A stretch of DNA of 64,000 bases from Chiloscyllium plagiosum (Eukaryota): assembly GCF_004010195.1 (NCBI RefSeq), contig NC_057719.1, forward strand, positions 31,794,883 to 31,858,882, given 5' to 3'. Shown here one piece after another: positions 50,296 to 63,764 of this stretch. The position numbers and the translations under genes are program-made. The notes beneath the pieces were generated by a model. That model saw nothing but the letters and a program-made list of their open reading frames with translations. It did no database searches and was not told the origin of the DNA. Numbering within the stretch: position 1 is the first letter of the stretch; each line of letters begins with the position of its first letter.

Positions 50296-51060
50296 TGAAA
50301 ATGTGTTGCTGGAAAAGCGCAGCAGGTCAGGCAGCATCCAAGGAGCAGGAGAATCGACGTTCCGGCATGAGCCCTTCTTCAGGATTGAGGAAAGTGTGTC
50401 CAGCAGGCTAAGATAAAAGTTAGGGAGGAGGGACCTGGGGGAGGGGTGTTGGAAATGGGATAGGTGGAAGGAGGTTAAGGTGAGGGTGATAAGGTGAGGG
50501 TGATAGGCCGGAGTAGGGGGGGGGGCGGAGAGGTCAGGAAGAAGATTACAGGTTAGGAAGGTNNNNNNNNNNNNNNNNNNNNNNNNNNNNNNNNNNNNNN
50601 NNNNNNNNNNNNNNNNNNNNNNNNNNNNNNNNNNNNNNNNNNNNNNNNNNNNNNNNNNNNNNNNNNNNNNNNNNNNNNNNNNNNNNNNNNNNNNNNNNNN
50701 TAAATGATGTGTGTGGAGGTGCAGGTGAATTTGTGGCGGATATGGAAGGATCCCTTGGGGCCTTGGAGGGAAGTAAGGGGGGAGGTGTAGGCGCAAGTTT
50801 TGCATTTCTTGTGGTTGCAGGGGAAGGTGCCGGGAGTGGAGGTTGGGTTGTTGGGGAGTGTGGACCTGACAAGGGAATAACGGAGGTAGTGGTCTTTTCG
50901 GAACGCTGATAGGGGAGGGAAGGGAAATATATCCCTGGTTGTGGTGGTCCACCTCCAAACGTCGATTCTCCTGCTCCTTGGATGCTGCCTGACCTGCTGC
51001 GCTTTTCCAGCAACACATTTTCAGCTCTGATCTCCAGCATCTGCAGTCCTCACTTTCTCC
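50296..51060 (-). mobile_element. Truncated PLE family A with inverted terminus (contains assembly gap)
   Basis: Homologous to 23030-23880; hammerhead motif AAUC-CUGAAGA..GUC-GAUU at 50352-50386; 17-bp duplication TCCCTGATGATGTGAAC at 50279-50295 and 51058-51074. Confidence 0.88.
50563..50700. other. Assembly gap (138 N)
   Basis: Run of N. Confidence 1.
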
Positions 51061-52934
51061 CTGATGATGTGAACACTTGCATACAATTGAGTTTGAAACT
51101 CAGCTATGTGCATCCTCCTGCAGTACAGTGCATTTCTTTCACATTCTCCTTTGTGGAATTTCTTTTTGTAGCCACTAAATCTGGATGGTCATTGTATATT
51201 ATACTTGAATGCTTGGTGTATAAAAAAACTGCTATCAAAAACTGCAAATATCGACAATACAAAACAAATGCACCAAAGGAGGCCATTGTCAAATTCATGG
51301 AGTTATGCTTGAAAATCTGTAGAAGATAATATTTGATGTTGATTCCACAGAAGATATCTGTGGCATTTTTAATATCTCTTTAAGGAAATATTCAAATAGA
51401 TTATTTGCATTTTAATGTCCAAAACAGACGTGCAGGCTACTGTCCAGCATTGAACAGTTTAACCTATAACGTGCCGTCAATATTGACTAAGCAAAATCAT
51501 GGTGCACATGCATGGTCTTGCCAATTCCCTTACCAGTATCAACACTGCAGAGAGACATGTCAAATGCAAGCTTCTCATCCAGCCATGCTCGAAAGTGATT
51601 GTGAGATTCCTGACTGTAATGATAAAGCCTATAATGAACCATTTAAACCTCAAAACAACGAGGAAGTTCATCAGACCATATTGTTTCAAGATAAATTGGC
51701 TATTCTCCAACTTGGTTTTCTAAAAAGTAAAGCATCAACCTTCTATAAATTTGGAAGCATAACCATATGGGTTTGACAATGTTATGGTCTCCTGTGGTGA
51801 GTTGTTCTGCATTTGTCAATATGTATAGTATTTCATAGCAGTTTTTTTATATCAACCATCAAAAAGCATTCAAATATGATGAAATTGCAATATATACATT
51901 AATCAATCAAATCCCTTTGTACAATATTCCCGTGCTTTATAAAAAAAAGCTTGTCATTTTATTTTATCATAGTCATACTGCAGTAACAATTTCTTAAATC
52001 CATCTCACAGTTTGTACTTCATGAACTATTTATAGCATTAAAACAAACACAATATCACTTTATATTTCTCTGGACACCAGGTTCTTAGACATGAATCAAA
52101 AAGCACCAAAATAGTTTGACACTGCTTGAATTATCATCATATTTCTAAAAATGCTCAAGGTATGTTCAATTATATGTTACTGTTGGTTCAAGAAAACTTT
52201 ATTTGTTCAATTATAATATTAAAATTTTAGAATTAAAGATCTTTTCAATACCAAGAGCAGTAAATAAATATGTGCTGAAGATATTTCATCAGATGATCCC
52301 AATGAAAATCAAATTTACAATTAAAATTAATGGCTATTACATGCTTGTTTTAATAATGTTCTGCATTAACATTAATCAAATCACTATATGAGTAAGCACA
52401 TCAGTTTTACACTAGATTAGAAAATGGTTCTGCAGCCTTCTCTTGATTGCGTAGTAACAATTCCAGTCTGAAACATCTGAGTTTAATATTTTCTTCATGT
52501 TGTAACAAAAGGAAATTAAAAATGCTGAAGATCTGTCTTGCCATGGAATTCTGTTAACCTTTTGAGGTTGCTTCTCCACATATTACTTTTTATCTCCATC
52601 GGATGTCAAATTAAGCTCCAGAGTACCTAAATATCCATTAACATCTTACATTAAATATTCTTAACTATTTGTTTTCCAATACATCACATTTCAGATATCT
52701 TAAATGTTTGGGAGCTTTTAAAATTCAACCATATCCATACTATTCCCAACCAGTTATTCACTACCTCATTTTAAAGGTGCTAATTGTTTACCTGGGGTCA
52801 ATCTGACATGAGTTGTAGCTTCTTCATTGCTCATTTTTAAGCCATTAGAAACATACCCAAAGGTATATCCAAGAGTAGGGAAATGAAATGAAAAAGGTCT
52901 CTACACAGTTTAAATGGGTATAATGGTAATCTCT

Positions 52935-53028
52935 ATTCCTGATGAAGGGCTTATGCCCGAAACGTTGATTGTCCTGCTCCTCGGATGCTGCCTGACTAGC
53001 TGTGCTTTTCCAGCATCACACTTTCGAC
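52935..53028 (+). mobile_element. 94-bp PLE family-A mini-element beginning at its hammerhead motif
   Basis: ATTC-CTGATGA-A-GGGC(TTAT)GCCC-GAAAC-GTT-GATT at 52935-52970; degenerate 19-bp TSD at 52919-52937 and 53029-53047 (3 mismatches). Confidence 0.8.
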
Positions 53029-53399
53029 TATAATTGTAGTCTCCATTAATATACACAGTGTTCAAGCCATTACATTGGGATACTTTGTCAACTTCAAACA
53101 GCGCCTGATTTTCTTTGAGGGAATGCTGAATACTGCACTTCGTCACCTACAACTGATGTTGTGAAGGTGTCTCATGGGCTAACTATATAGTCAGGAGGAA
53201 TGATGCTGTTTCAGTGACCATGGTAATCTGCTCTAGGAAGGCAAATTCCCTGCCATTGAAGTTGAGGAGTGGTAGGCACTGTCTCGTAATAAGCAAAATA
53301 TTATATTAAAATGTTTCACTGCAGTAAATCTATGTATATCCATGCAAGCACACAGAATTCACTCCAGATGGATCAATGACAGTTGATGTCAGGGATGTA

Positions 53400-53800
53400 A
53401 CAAAGTCAGCAGCATTCACACTTTGCTGTTCAAAGTCCATTTCGTGTAGGAGGATGAGGCATGCTTATGTTTTGTCTTCAAACACCTTTGCAGAGGAAGC
53501 TCTGTGATCTGCAAAGTGATAAGGAAAAGATGGCTTGATAGCATCATTATAGCATTCTGTCCTAAGTGTCAGCATATGTTTTCATTGTAGGCTGCCTGGC
53601 ATGAAGCCCATGTCAGGAGGCACAGCTGCCCATCCAACCTGTTCCCTATCACAGAGATCCAAATAACACCATGTAGGAATGCCTAGTCAAACTGCTAATG
53701 TTGGACAATTTGTCAACAGTCATCACATCTTTTGAAGTGAGTAAACTTTCAGAAGAAATGGCTTATGGCTGAGTTGTGTTTGATTTTGTAATATTGACTG
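53400..53800 (-). mobile_element. Possible ancient RTE-like RT relic
   Basis: Minus-strand GFMPGS...TLR near 53560-53612 resembles the GFRPGRST..TLR motif; otherwise heavily decayed. Confidence 0.3.
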
Positions 53801-54189
53801 CATTAGCCCCAATCTGCTGGAAGTGCACACAAATAGTACACTGGCTGGCAGCATGTTGGAATTCCCAGAAAACAAAACGCAGCATTACCTTTATCCATCA
53901 ACAATAGGACAGAGTGAGGGAATAAAAATGGTAGCCCACTTCACTGTTAAATATGAATTATGAAATCCTAACTAAGGGTCAAGTCTATTCTGCAGGTTGT
54001 GATCCATCCTGATCAGACCAATTCTGTACGTTCAGGAAGATCTTTGATTGCCTTCTGTTACTCATACATATGATTGTTAAGTGCAAGGTAGAGGGTGGGT
54101 ACCTGTTTCATCAATATGAACTGGGATATCTGTGGAGGGGAAATATTTGGAGTTTATAATCAACAATAGGGTAACTGATCATCTCATAA

Positions 54190-54480
54190 AATTTCAGTTA
54201 ATTAGGGTGAGTCAACATAGATTAATGAAGGGTAAGTCATGCCTGACTAATCTCATAGAATCTTTTTGAAGAAGTGAAAAAGGTGATTGACAGAGGTAAG
54301 TCAATGGATATAGTTTCTATGGATATCTAGAAGGCATTTGATAAGATCCCACACAAGGGACTCTTAGATAAGTTGGAAGCCCACAGAAGTGACAACAAAT
54401 TATTGACATGGATAGGAAATTGGTTGAGTGGCAGAAAACAGAGAGTTGAAATAATGGGCAAATAATCAAATTGACAAGAT
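54190..54480 (+). mobile_element. CR1 RT fragment
   Basis: SQHRLMKGKSCLTNLIE..MDI*KAFDKIPH. Confidence 0.8.
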
Positions 54481-55120
54481 CCTGTATGTATCTGATCAAT
54501 GAAGTGTCTGAAATGATTTTTGGGCAGGAAAGTTTTGCAGTTTGATCCAATTGCTCTACAAAAACATTAGTAACACAGATGCAATCAATGGATGGGAACT
54601 GCAAAGTTTCCTGATGAAATATAGAGTCAGGCAAGGGTGTCTTCCCTCCACTGTCCCTTGCTTAGAAGAAAAATCCTCTGCCAAGTCCAACAAGTAAGGT
54701 GTAAACTTTAGAGAAGTAACAATCTCAGGCAGCTAGTACCTTGACGACGTAACTGTTTTCTGCTTGGATCCACTATCAGGTCATAGACAGATGGACTTCT
54801 CTGAACTGTTTGAACTCACATCAAGAGTCAAAGTGAGATGCAAAAGTGAGGTCATGTTCTTTGCAAACTTGGCAGACCAGTCCATTGTTTCTTTCACTGT
54901 CAGATCAGACAACCTGAGCCTGAGGACATGACTCACAGGACCAGGGCATCAGACAAAATTAGAAGGAGGAAATAGCCAAGGGCCAACCAGGACTGAGTAT
55001 GTGCGAGTGACAGTCCCTCTCCAGTACAGTTAATAATCTGGGCATCAGGTATGTGCTTCTGATGGCATTGCAGTACATAATGCAGTTCTGGTCCATCCCT
55101 GCCATTATACCCACGTCCAA
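54480..55120 (+). mobile_element. Degraded Tx1-like RT fragment
   Basis: INGWELQSFLMKYRVRQGC (cf. SGVRQGCP) and YLDDV at ~54737-54751. Confidence 0.6.
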
Positions 55121-56659
55121 CTCTTCATCACCCTTCTAGTCCTCCATATCCCCTCTGACTCACTACAACCATTTCAATTCCTGCCAATGCCACTTCAATA
55201 CCCATACCACTCTGATTCTTACATGACATAGTGTTCGCATTCTAGAATCTGCCACCAAACCCAATTATCTTACTCAAAAACACACTGCAAAGCTACTTAA
55301 ATAGACTATAACCTCTTGGCATGTTAGTGGCTAAAGATGTACCAGAAAACAGCAGTAAATGCTACAAAAAAAGGAGCACAGCTTGATTTCCACCCAATGA
55401 TCCCATGCATCAAAGAAGGTCTCTGTTGGAAGATGGCTGTGCATTTCTAAAGTGGCCAGGCTTGAAAGCAGTGCTGTGGACTGCAGTGGTTCAAGAAGGC
55501 AGCTCACTATCATCATCTCTAAGGCAATGAGGGACGGATAATACATGCTGGCCTATCCTGCGGTGCCAAACCAGATGAATACATGAAAGAAAAGTCCCAA
55601 CCAGAAATACAGAGACACATCTTTGGAAAAAAAAGTAAGAGTCAAGTGCATGGCATTATGACAGTGGATGTAACTCCTTGGAAGATTTGCTCCAATGAGT
55701 TGGCAGCACGTTTTGCATATCAGACGATTTTCTTTTCTCACTAGCTCAGAAACAAGTGTTTATGTATTTGTCTAATATCAACTCAAAAGATAAATTATGT
55801 AAACTTTTTGTTATATATAATTTCTGAAATGAATTCAGCTTGAGTGGTCATAGTGTATGGTGTGTGCTTTGCTAAGTGTTAGATCCAACAGAAATAAACG
55901 ATTTAACAGCCAGCACATTCCCATTGCAGACACAACAATAAAATCACTTACAAAATAATTAACTAATTATTATTCAGTGTGCTATTCATATTCTGATTCA
56001 TTGATCCTTTAAAGCAAGCAACTATTTCTACTTTGAAAACCCATTCTTTCAGCTTTAATGTTGGCAATTAGAAAGAGAGAAAGCAAGTGGAAAACTTAAA
56101 GATCAAAAGCTATGGAAATTTTATAGAGAAATAGTGAGAATAATTTTTTAAAAATTAGACTCTGAGAAAATAAGCAAGAGGCAACATGGATGTAGCTGAG
56201 CAGGAAGGCTTCTGAAATAACTACCAAAATTACAATGTAGGTGATGGAGGAAAACCCAGAGATTTATATTTATTCGAGCTTTGCGACATAAAAAGCCATA
56301 TTTCACAAAGCCATGTCCAAACTCACAAATATGTGAAACACTCTGTGATTCTGTAAGATCCATATTTATTGATGGACAAATTGATAAATGTACATGGAAG
56401 TTCATTTGTATTGGTCATTGATTAGTAACAAGCAAATTGGTCACTTGAATTACCCATTTAGTAGAAACTTATCCTCTCAGTATTTCTGATACATTGGAGA
56501 GTATTTAGGAGTTGGAAGATCAACTTTTTGCACAGTCTATGAGCAATATCCCCAAATAGCTGACTTCAAACTGTTTCTCTTCTAGAATTTCACCCTGAGT
56601 GTCTGGTCCTCGGAGTTGCACAGATCACACTTGTGACATTATTTATAGAATCTGAGAGC

Positions 56660-57130
56660 CAAAGTGTTATCCTGAATCCCATGTGATCTAACTTTACTAA
56701 TTAGTCTACCGTGCAGAATCTTGTTAAAGGCTTTATTAACATCTATGTAAACAATGTCTATTGCTCTACCCTCATCAGTCTTTTTGGTTACTTCCTCAAA
56801 AAACTCAATCAAGTTGGTGAGACATGATTTCTCTGACACAAAGCCACCCTTAATCAGTCTTAGCCTCTCCACATGCATGTAAATCCTATCCTTATCCTTA
56901 GAATCACCTCCAGCAATTTACCCACCATTGATGTCAGACTCATAGGCCTATAGTTCTCAGGCTTCTCCTTGCAGCCTTTCTTAGATAAACGCACAACACT
57001 AGCCACCCTTCAGTCTGTCAGCACCTCACCCAGTTATAGGTGATACAAATATCTCACTAGGGGCCTAGCAATTTCTTCTTGAACTTCCTACAATGTCCTG
57101 GGATATACAATACTAGATCAGGTCCCAGAG
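56660..57130 (-). mobile_element. CR1 RT fragment
   Basis: ORF 56639-56878 GFVSEKSCLTNLIEFFEEVT..DVNKAFNKILH. Confidence 0.85.
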
Positions 57131-57574
57131 ACTAATGTCCCACTGCACATAATATTGCACATAATAATTTTATTAGCATGGTTCATGTTCACCATTGGGA
57201 TTATTGGAAGAAGAGAAATTCATAAAATCTTTAGGGATGAAGTTTAACTTTTGGGAGTCACAAATCCTAGTATGATTACTGGGTACGATGACTCTTTGCT
57301 ATCGATCCATGGCAGACTAATCCAGAAACATTGAAAGCTTCTATCAGGCTGCAGATGCTGAGCTACCTGGTGTTGTTTTTCTGAAAATTCTAAGGCACTC
57401 AAAGCATCTCCTCTGCCTGTTGAGGAATGGATTTTGGTTGCCGTTTGAAAACTGAAAATTGGACCACACAGGGTCAGATGGATTCGTAATCCTGGCACAA
57501 CGTTTTTGTAAATGAGCTAAATCTGAAAGGATTAATACTGAGAAGTTCCACAAGCACCACCCAAAAGGATGACA

Positions 57575-58035
57575 TCATATGAGCTTATGGATAGAAAAAC
57601 TTGGGGTGCCAGAAGATTGGAGGTTGGGTAATGTGGTGCCATTATTTAAGAATGGCTGTAAGGGAAAGCCAGGGAACTTTAAACCAGTGAGCCTGTCAGT
57701 GGTGGGTTTCTGAGGGATAGCATTTATATGCATTTGGAAGGGCAAGGACTGATTGTGATAGCCAGCATGGATTTGTGCATGGGAAATCATGTCTCACTAA
57801 CTTGATTGAGGTTTTTGAAGAGGTGACAAAGAAGATTGATGACGGCAGAGGGGTAGACATTATCTATATCAACTTCAGCAAAGTGTTTGACAAGGTTCCA
57901 CATCGTAGACTGATTAGTAAAATTAGATCAAATGGGATCCAGGAAGACCTAGCCAATTGGATACAAAATTGACTTGACAGTAGGAGACAGAGGGTGGTGG
58001 TGGAGAGTTGCTTTTCATATTGGTGGTCAATGACC
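57575..58035 (+). mobile_element. CR1 RT fragment
   Basis: ORF 57775-57972 GKSCLTNLIEVFEEVT..NFSKVFDKVPH. Confidence 0.85.
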
Positions 58036-60998
58036 CGCGATGGCAATGCGCCAACCCGAAGACATCCCGAATGGTTCCAGTGCACATGGCCATATCATTA
58101 CGGCAATTATCAGATTGTGATTGCAGGTCCTTGCTGTGCACATATTGAATGCTGAGCTTCCTGCAATACAACAGTGGTGACACATTATAATTACTTAATT
58201 GGCTATAAAACATTATGTGACATCCTGAGGTTATAAGAAGTGTTGAATGTAAATTAACTGACAGATGTTGAGACATTCTGCTCCTGGAAGAAAGTTGGGC
58301 AGCTTGATTAAAAGGCCTGCAATCCATTCCAAATGATTACTGCTCAGGCATTGTAGATGAAAATCTATACAATTATTCCAGTTGCTGTGTCATATAATTC
58401 AACTTCAAATGTGTAAGATTGTAACTGAGATGGTGTGAATGAAATTCTTATCTATTTTATCAGATGAACTGAACACTTTAGAGCATTTTGTTTAAGGTTA
58501 TGAATTCATAATCTATAGGGAACATTGAAACAGACCAAAAATAAGAAATATTTTTGTTTTGTTGGAAAAGTTGTGAAGTATTAATAAAGTTATTTATTCC
58601 CAAACAGTGCTTCAATGTTATCAACCAGAAACCTTTATCTGTCAACTTACATTGGGAAGAAAATAATCAAAGCCAGAAGGTTAAACCAAAATAGTTTCAA
58701 ATTTGACTCTTAAAAAGGATATCTATCAGTACAAGTAACAAAAATATGTTTTCCATCATATTTTTGCAACGTTGCATCTATAGATGTAATTAGCCTATAT
58801 GCTTACAATTCATATTTGTGATATATTGTGAATGTTGTGATAAAAACTAGCTTAAACTCCCGTTAACACAATAAACACTGAAGAAGGGACTTCTTGTACA
58901 AAGGATGACCTCAATATAGTATGGATGCTGGTGCTGATTTAAACATTCTGCTGGGGAGTCTATTTGACATGTGAAGAAAAAAAATGGAAGGATATGGGGA
59001 AAGTGCAGCACAATGTATTTGGCGAGATAGGGTTCTAGCATGGACACAATGCATTAGTACATCTATAATTGGATGGAATAAATATAAGATATCATGTGTT
59101 TGGTCCGGAAGTTCAAGTTACCCTACAAACTAAGAAACTTGTGAAAAGGTTTTGTTGAATGGTGCTATACACTTGAATTCAATGAACAACAGAGTCTAAC
59201 AAACCAATCTTATTTTGACAATCTACTTTCCTAATCTCAACCCCAAAGCAACTCTTTCTAGACTAACACAAGCAAAAATATAGCTAGACCAACAATTGGT
59301 GCATCACTATTACAAGAACATTTAGTTTGAATATATGATTTGGTAATATCAGTGGAGAAGGCTGAACTGGTGCAGATGTCGTAGATCTCAGTCCACCTGT
59401 AAAGTAAGGAGATAAGGCCCTGATATTTACAGCGAGGCAATGAAGGAGTAGAGATGGTTAAGGAGAGAAGTTTATGTAATCGCGTGAAGTCCTGCTGACC
59501 CTAGCAACACAATCAGATTATAATTTTTGGAATGTATTTCTTGTAGCCAGCTAGAGTGAGAATCAGCTTCTGGCACCAGGACAAAGCTTAGCATATAGAA
59601 GAAAGAAGTGAGCTGAGGAGACCTCGATAAGAACAGCCTAGAGAGATGAGATGTGGAAGGCATATTGATAATGGAGCCAGAAAAATCAAGTTTTAGTGGA
59701 AGGACATCATTAGGTACCTGTAGACTTTGAGTGGTGTGGAGGAGAACATCACAGGAGAATATGAAGAGTTGCAAGGGCAGGAGTGTGGACATCATGAACT
59801 GGAGAGAAAGTTCAGCCTATGTACAATCTTGATGAAAAGATTAGGTCTTAATTTAAGGATTTGGGTTAATGTTGTCCTTGATGCCACTAATAACAGGAAC
59901 AGGTTACATTCACATTGCAATTCTGACATTAACAAATTTTTCCCATTTCCAATTTTGTCTCATGACAGAAAACATTTCTGACCCTCGGCACTGATGTCCC
60001 TACAGCTCCCTGACTGACTTACCCGTAATCCTGGACTGATCATATTTAAACTTCAGGACTGACTGTGAATCAGTGCCTGGTCTACAAAGGCATTGATCCC
60101 TGGACTCAGGTAGTACAAAGTGCCAGGCTGGCAGTGGGCGACCACCTGGACTGGAATTGAATGAACCACATGACTGATTGTGGTGGTACTTCCTGACTGA
60201 CCTAGTTTCCCTTCAATGTTAGTTTCCTCTTGAATTTGTATTCTTGTGAAGTGTTCTGATGAGTGCAAGATGAAAAACTTCAACAAATTGTGTCTTTTTA
60301 CAGCAATACTGAAGTTCTGTACCACTTAGTTACTATTTAGATACTGGATATCTGCATTTTCCCCGTTGTGGATCATGATATGTGATGATACTATGACTTT
60401 AAGAGGTGTGGCCAACACTGAGGAAATGGTTAACACAACTTGCAGGACATAGTTAAGCAGATCCCCACCAGACCTTTGACTACAATGGGATTGATCACCA
60501 TCATTGTCCTCATCACTACTCTGACCTTTCACTTCCACTTCCGCCATTTTAAGTTGACTTTTGAATTTTCAGCTCCAACCTGTGAAGTTCAAGAATTTTC
60601 TTTTATTCCCTTTCTTCTCCTTTCATTTCCTTTCCTTTTTCCTCTGCTTTTAATCAGAATTCAAACTGTTTCATTTCCTTTCCATGATTAAGCTGCTTCA
60701 TTTGCAGCAGAATTTAACTATTTCCAATGATTTCAACAGCATTTCTGGCAATCGTAAATACAGAGCTATTGCTTCAATACCTCCATTTCTCGCATGGACA
60801 AAGGCAAGCCAATTCCAGCTTGTCTGTTTATTCTAAACCTTTGGCTTGCTCACTTTCTGTAAACTTCTGAAGTGACTTCTTCCATCCCTAGGAAACTTTT
60901 CGTAACTGAAAGTCATTACTGCATGAGGTACGCCCTATTTAAACCAACTGAATTCAACACCCCCAAAAAAAACAGAACATCAACACTCACCACTTTGA

Positions 60999-61140
60999 GT
61001 ACAAAGTTAAAAATTACACAACACCAGGTTATAGTCCAACAGGTTTAATTGGAAGCACACTAGCTTTCGGAGCTATAACCTGATGTTGTGTGATTTTTAA
61101 CTTTGTACACCCCAGTCCAACACCGGCATCGCCAAATCAT
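60999..61140. mobile_element. Fold-back PLE family-C mini-element inserted in the Gypsy leader
   Basis: Arms GTACAAAGTTAAAAATTACACAACACCAGGTTATAG / CTATAACCTGATGTTGTGTGATTTTTAACTTTGTAC; duplication CACTTTGAGTACAA at 60991-61004 and 61141-61154. Confidence 0.82.
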
Positions 61141-61188
61141 CACTTTGAGTACAATAGTCTTAAATCCAACCTGGAATTAGAGATTTTG

Positions 61189-61207
61189 ATCCTGGCAAGA
61201 ACCCCCA
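61189..61207 (-). promoter_or_regulatory. Primer-binding site, tRNA-Pro-like
   Basis: TGGGGGTTCTTGCCAGGAT versus canonical PBS-Pro TGGGGGCTCGTCCGGGAT, 3 nt inside the LTR end. Confidence 0.65.
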
Positions 61208-63159
61208 TTTTGTTGTGGACCGGATCAAACCCCATCAAAATGTATTAAGAAGATATTATACATTTTTCTTATTTTAAAAGTAAATATAAGGCGCTGTGTT
61301 CCAGATACAATTCAATTGATCCAGCTACAAAATGTGCTTTATTTGTACACTATAATTAAAATACAAATAAAATAAAAATAAAAGCATTGACTTAACTGTA
61401 ACTCTGTTGAAATGCTTAACAAAATACTATATATCTTAACTACAGCTAATGAACTGTTCCAGTATAGTAATATCCCATAAACACAGCTTTGGTTAAAATA
61501 GAATATGCCAGCTTTTAGCTGAAACAAAGAGAGTAGTAAAAGCTTCAAGTTTCAGTTTCAAGACCCCAGCAACTGATTCTGAAGGCTAAAAGTAAAAAAA
61601 AACTGCTTTTGTGGGAGTTGACTCTGCTCATTCAGGATGCTTGGCTTGTTCCAATTTAAAAAAAAATCCCAAGGTTTCAAAAGCTGTTTACTTTATTGGC
61701 TTTGGAGCAGACTGCTTTGCACTCCTGTGTCAATGTTTCAAACAAACAAAAAGGACAAAATGCATCTCTTAAAGTCATTGTACCATTTCAGACAGCAGAA
61801 AGGATTTTACGTAGTTTGGTTGGTAATATTCTTCATCACTAACTGCACAAGGCATTTCATGTTGTATCAACAGATCATTTTCCTTTTGTGCAACTCGCGA
61901 AACTTGTGTTTTCTCAAATTATTGTAGTCATTTCCATTAGAAAAATTGAAAGGTTTGTGATGTACATTGGACAATAATGCATATTTCATCAAATACATTT
62001 CAACATTAGCACATGGATATTGAGTCCATAGCATCCTGTCATCAATGCAGCTACTGGAGTTGGCAACACACGACAATGTGTGATCAACGGATCAACGGAA
62101 CTGAATTATATGATGCTGAAGGTTGTAAACCAGTACAACTGCAGTCATCTCCTATATTTATATCATCTTGTCTCTAAGGGCTTTGGAAGCCATTAGTGAG
62201 GAAACATATAAGGAGTAGGTCAATTGACATGTAATATATTACATCCAGGACTGCTTGCACACAAAAAAAATTGATGGGCAAAGTAACAGAAAAACCAAAA
62301 CCAATAAATATACCTGTGCAAAGTGGTTTAAACACTTTTCAAAACCACTTTATAATGAATATTTCAGATTCTAAACCTTATGAATTACACATGGCAGCTA
62401 TGCTAAGTATCAAGTAGATGACAGCATTTTCTATTTTTGGAATAAAGTTCATTAATTTCTAATGAAGCTGGAACAGGAGATGCCACTGTTATACTGTGTA
62501 GATCTAAGTCTAATTTAGATAATGTCATTCTGACACTTTTTGTTAGTCTTGCTTTCTATCATTCAGACTGCTTTCATTTATGAATAAATTGCATTCATAA
62601 ATAAGCTTCCCCAAGACGTGTCAATCAGTGACAATGGATTCTGCAGAAGCTGTCAGTGAATCAGAACCTAATTTTCTCATAATCCAGTTGAAGCACATGC
62701 AAATGCCCAAAACATTTAGCACATTATATTCCATTGAAACCTCTGTATTTAAACTTGATCATATAATAAGCCATCAGCAATTATTTCATACATGTAACTT
62801 GAGACTGGCACTTCTTTATGTTGGTAACCAGGCGTGAAAGTAAAAAATTGATTTGTCAGCATGCGCTGGTGTCTCTCCTTTGCAAACAATGGAAAGAACC
62901 AGAGACTGAATTTTACCTGTAACTGAAATATGGACACAGTCAGATATCCCATGACACCAGGTTATAGTCCAACAGGTTTATTTGAAATCACAAGCTTTCA
63001 GACATCACAGAGGTACATTAGTTCATCTCTTAGTTTATTGACTAGACTCACTGTGTGTAGTGTCTATATCCCTCTTTAAATTAGATTTGTGCTTTTGGGT
63101 TTGAGATGGAGCAGAGAAGTAAGGTAGAACCTTTTTGTATAGTGAGACAGAATGACTGG

Positions 63160-63500
63160 AAACTCCTCTCTTGACTCTCCAAAGTCTGTCCACCAACTAT
63201 AAGGCATACGTTAGGAGTGTGATGGATGAGTGCAGCTCAAGAAAAGGCACTCAAAAAACTTGACAGCATCCAGCACAAAACAGTCCACTTTATTCACAAG
63301 TATCCACTTCCTCTACCACTCCCTCAGTAGCATCAGTGTGTACTATCTACAAGGTGCAATGCAGAAATTCACCAAATGTCCTTACACAGCGCTTCCCAAA
63401 CTGATGACCACTTCCAAGTAGAAGGACAGCAGATACATGGGAAAATCACCATCTGCTCGTTCCCCTCCAAACCACACATTATCCTGACTTGGGATGTCTT
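63160..63500 (+). mobile_element. CR1/L2-group LINE 3' fragment
   Basis: Homologous to 13015-13320. Confidence 0.7.
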
Positions 63501-63501
63501 A

Positions 63502-63575
63502 CAGCAACATATCCATATCCTTCATTGCTGACTGCTAATAACCAGTCAGCAATGAAGGATATGGATATGTTGCTG
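63502..63575. repeat. Perfect palindrome, 33-bp arms and 8-nt loop
   Basis: CAGCAACATATCCATATCCTTCATTGCTGACTG-ctaataac-CAGTCAGCAATGAAGGATATGGATATGTTGCTG. Confidence 0.97.
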
Positions 63576-63764
63576 AATTATAACAGTGTTAAAAACTATA
63601 ATGGAATAAAGCAGTGCTTTGAGCCTTGGTGGAGTTACTGCATGACAGTCAGCAAGTAAGCAGCCCTTAGATGCCTTCTGGTCCAATCTGTGAGCTGGAT
63701 GTTGGTCCTGCTGCATAAAGGATCATTGCAGCAGAATTGCAGATACAGTCGCCAGTGCACTCCA

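Larger units (their letters stand above)
60440..61794 (-). mobile_element. Gypsy (Gmr1-like) 5' end: LTR 61211-61794, PBS, leader and frameshifted gag start
   Basis: LTR bounded by TG..CA; PBS immediately inside; gag-like ATG at 60916 followed by KSFLGMEEVT, a K/E/R-rich coiled-coil stretch and SQLKMAE..SDED..GGDLLNYV. Confidence 0.72.

Noticed and set aside
50260..51040. 252-aa and 164-aa ORFs
   Set aside because: Artefacts of reading through the 138-N gap within a PLE.
56660..58035. Large inverted repeat formed by two CR1 RT fragments
   Set aside because: The copies differ by many substitutions and indels, consistent with independent or very old fragments of an abundant family.
60326..60547. 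Acidic 73-aa ORF as a host exon
   Set aside because: It lies downstream of an LTR and PBS and continues a frameshifted Gypsy gag.
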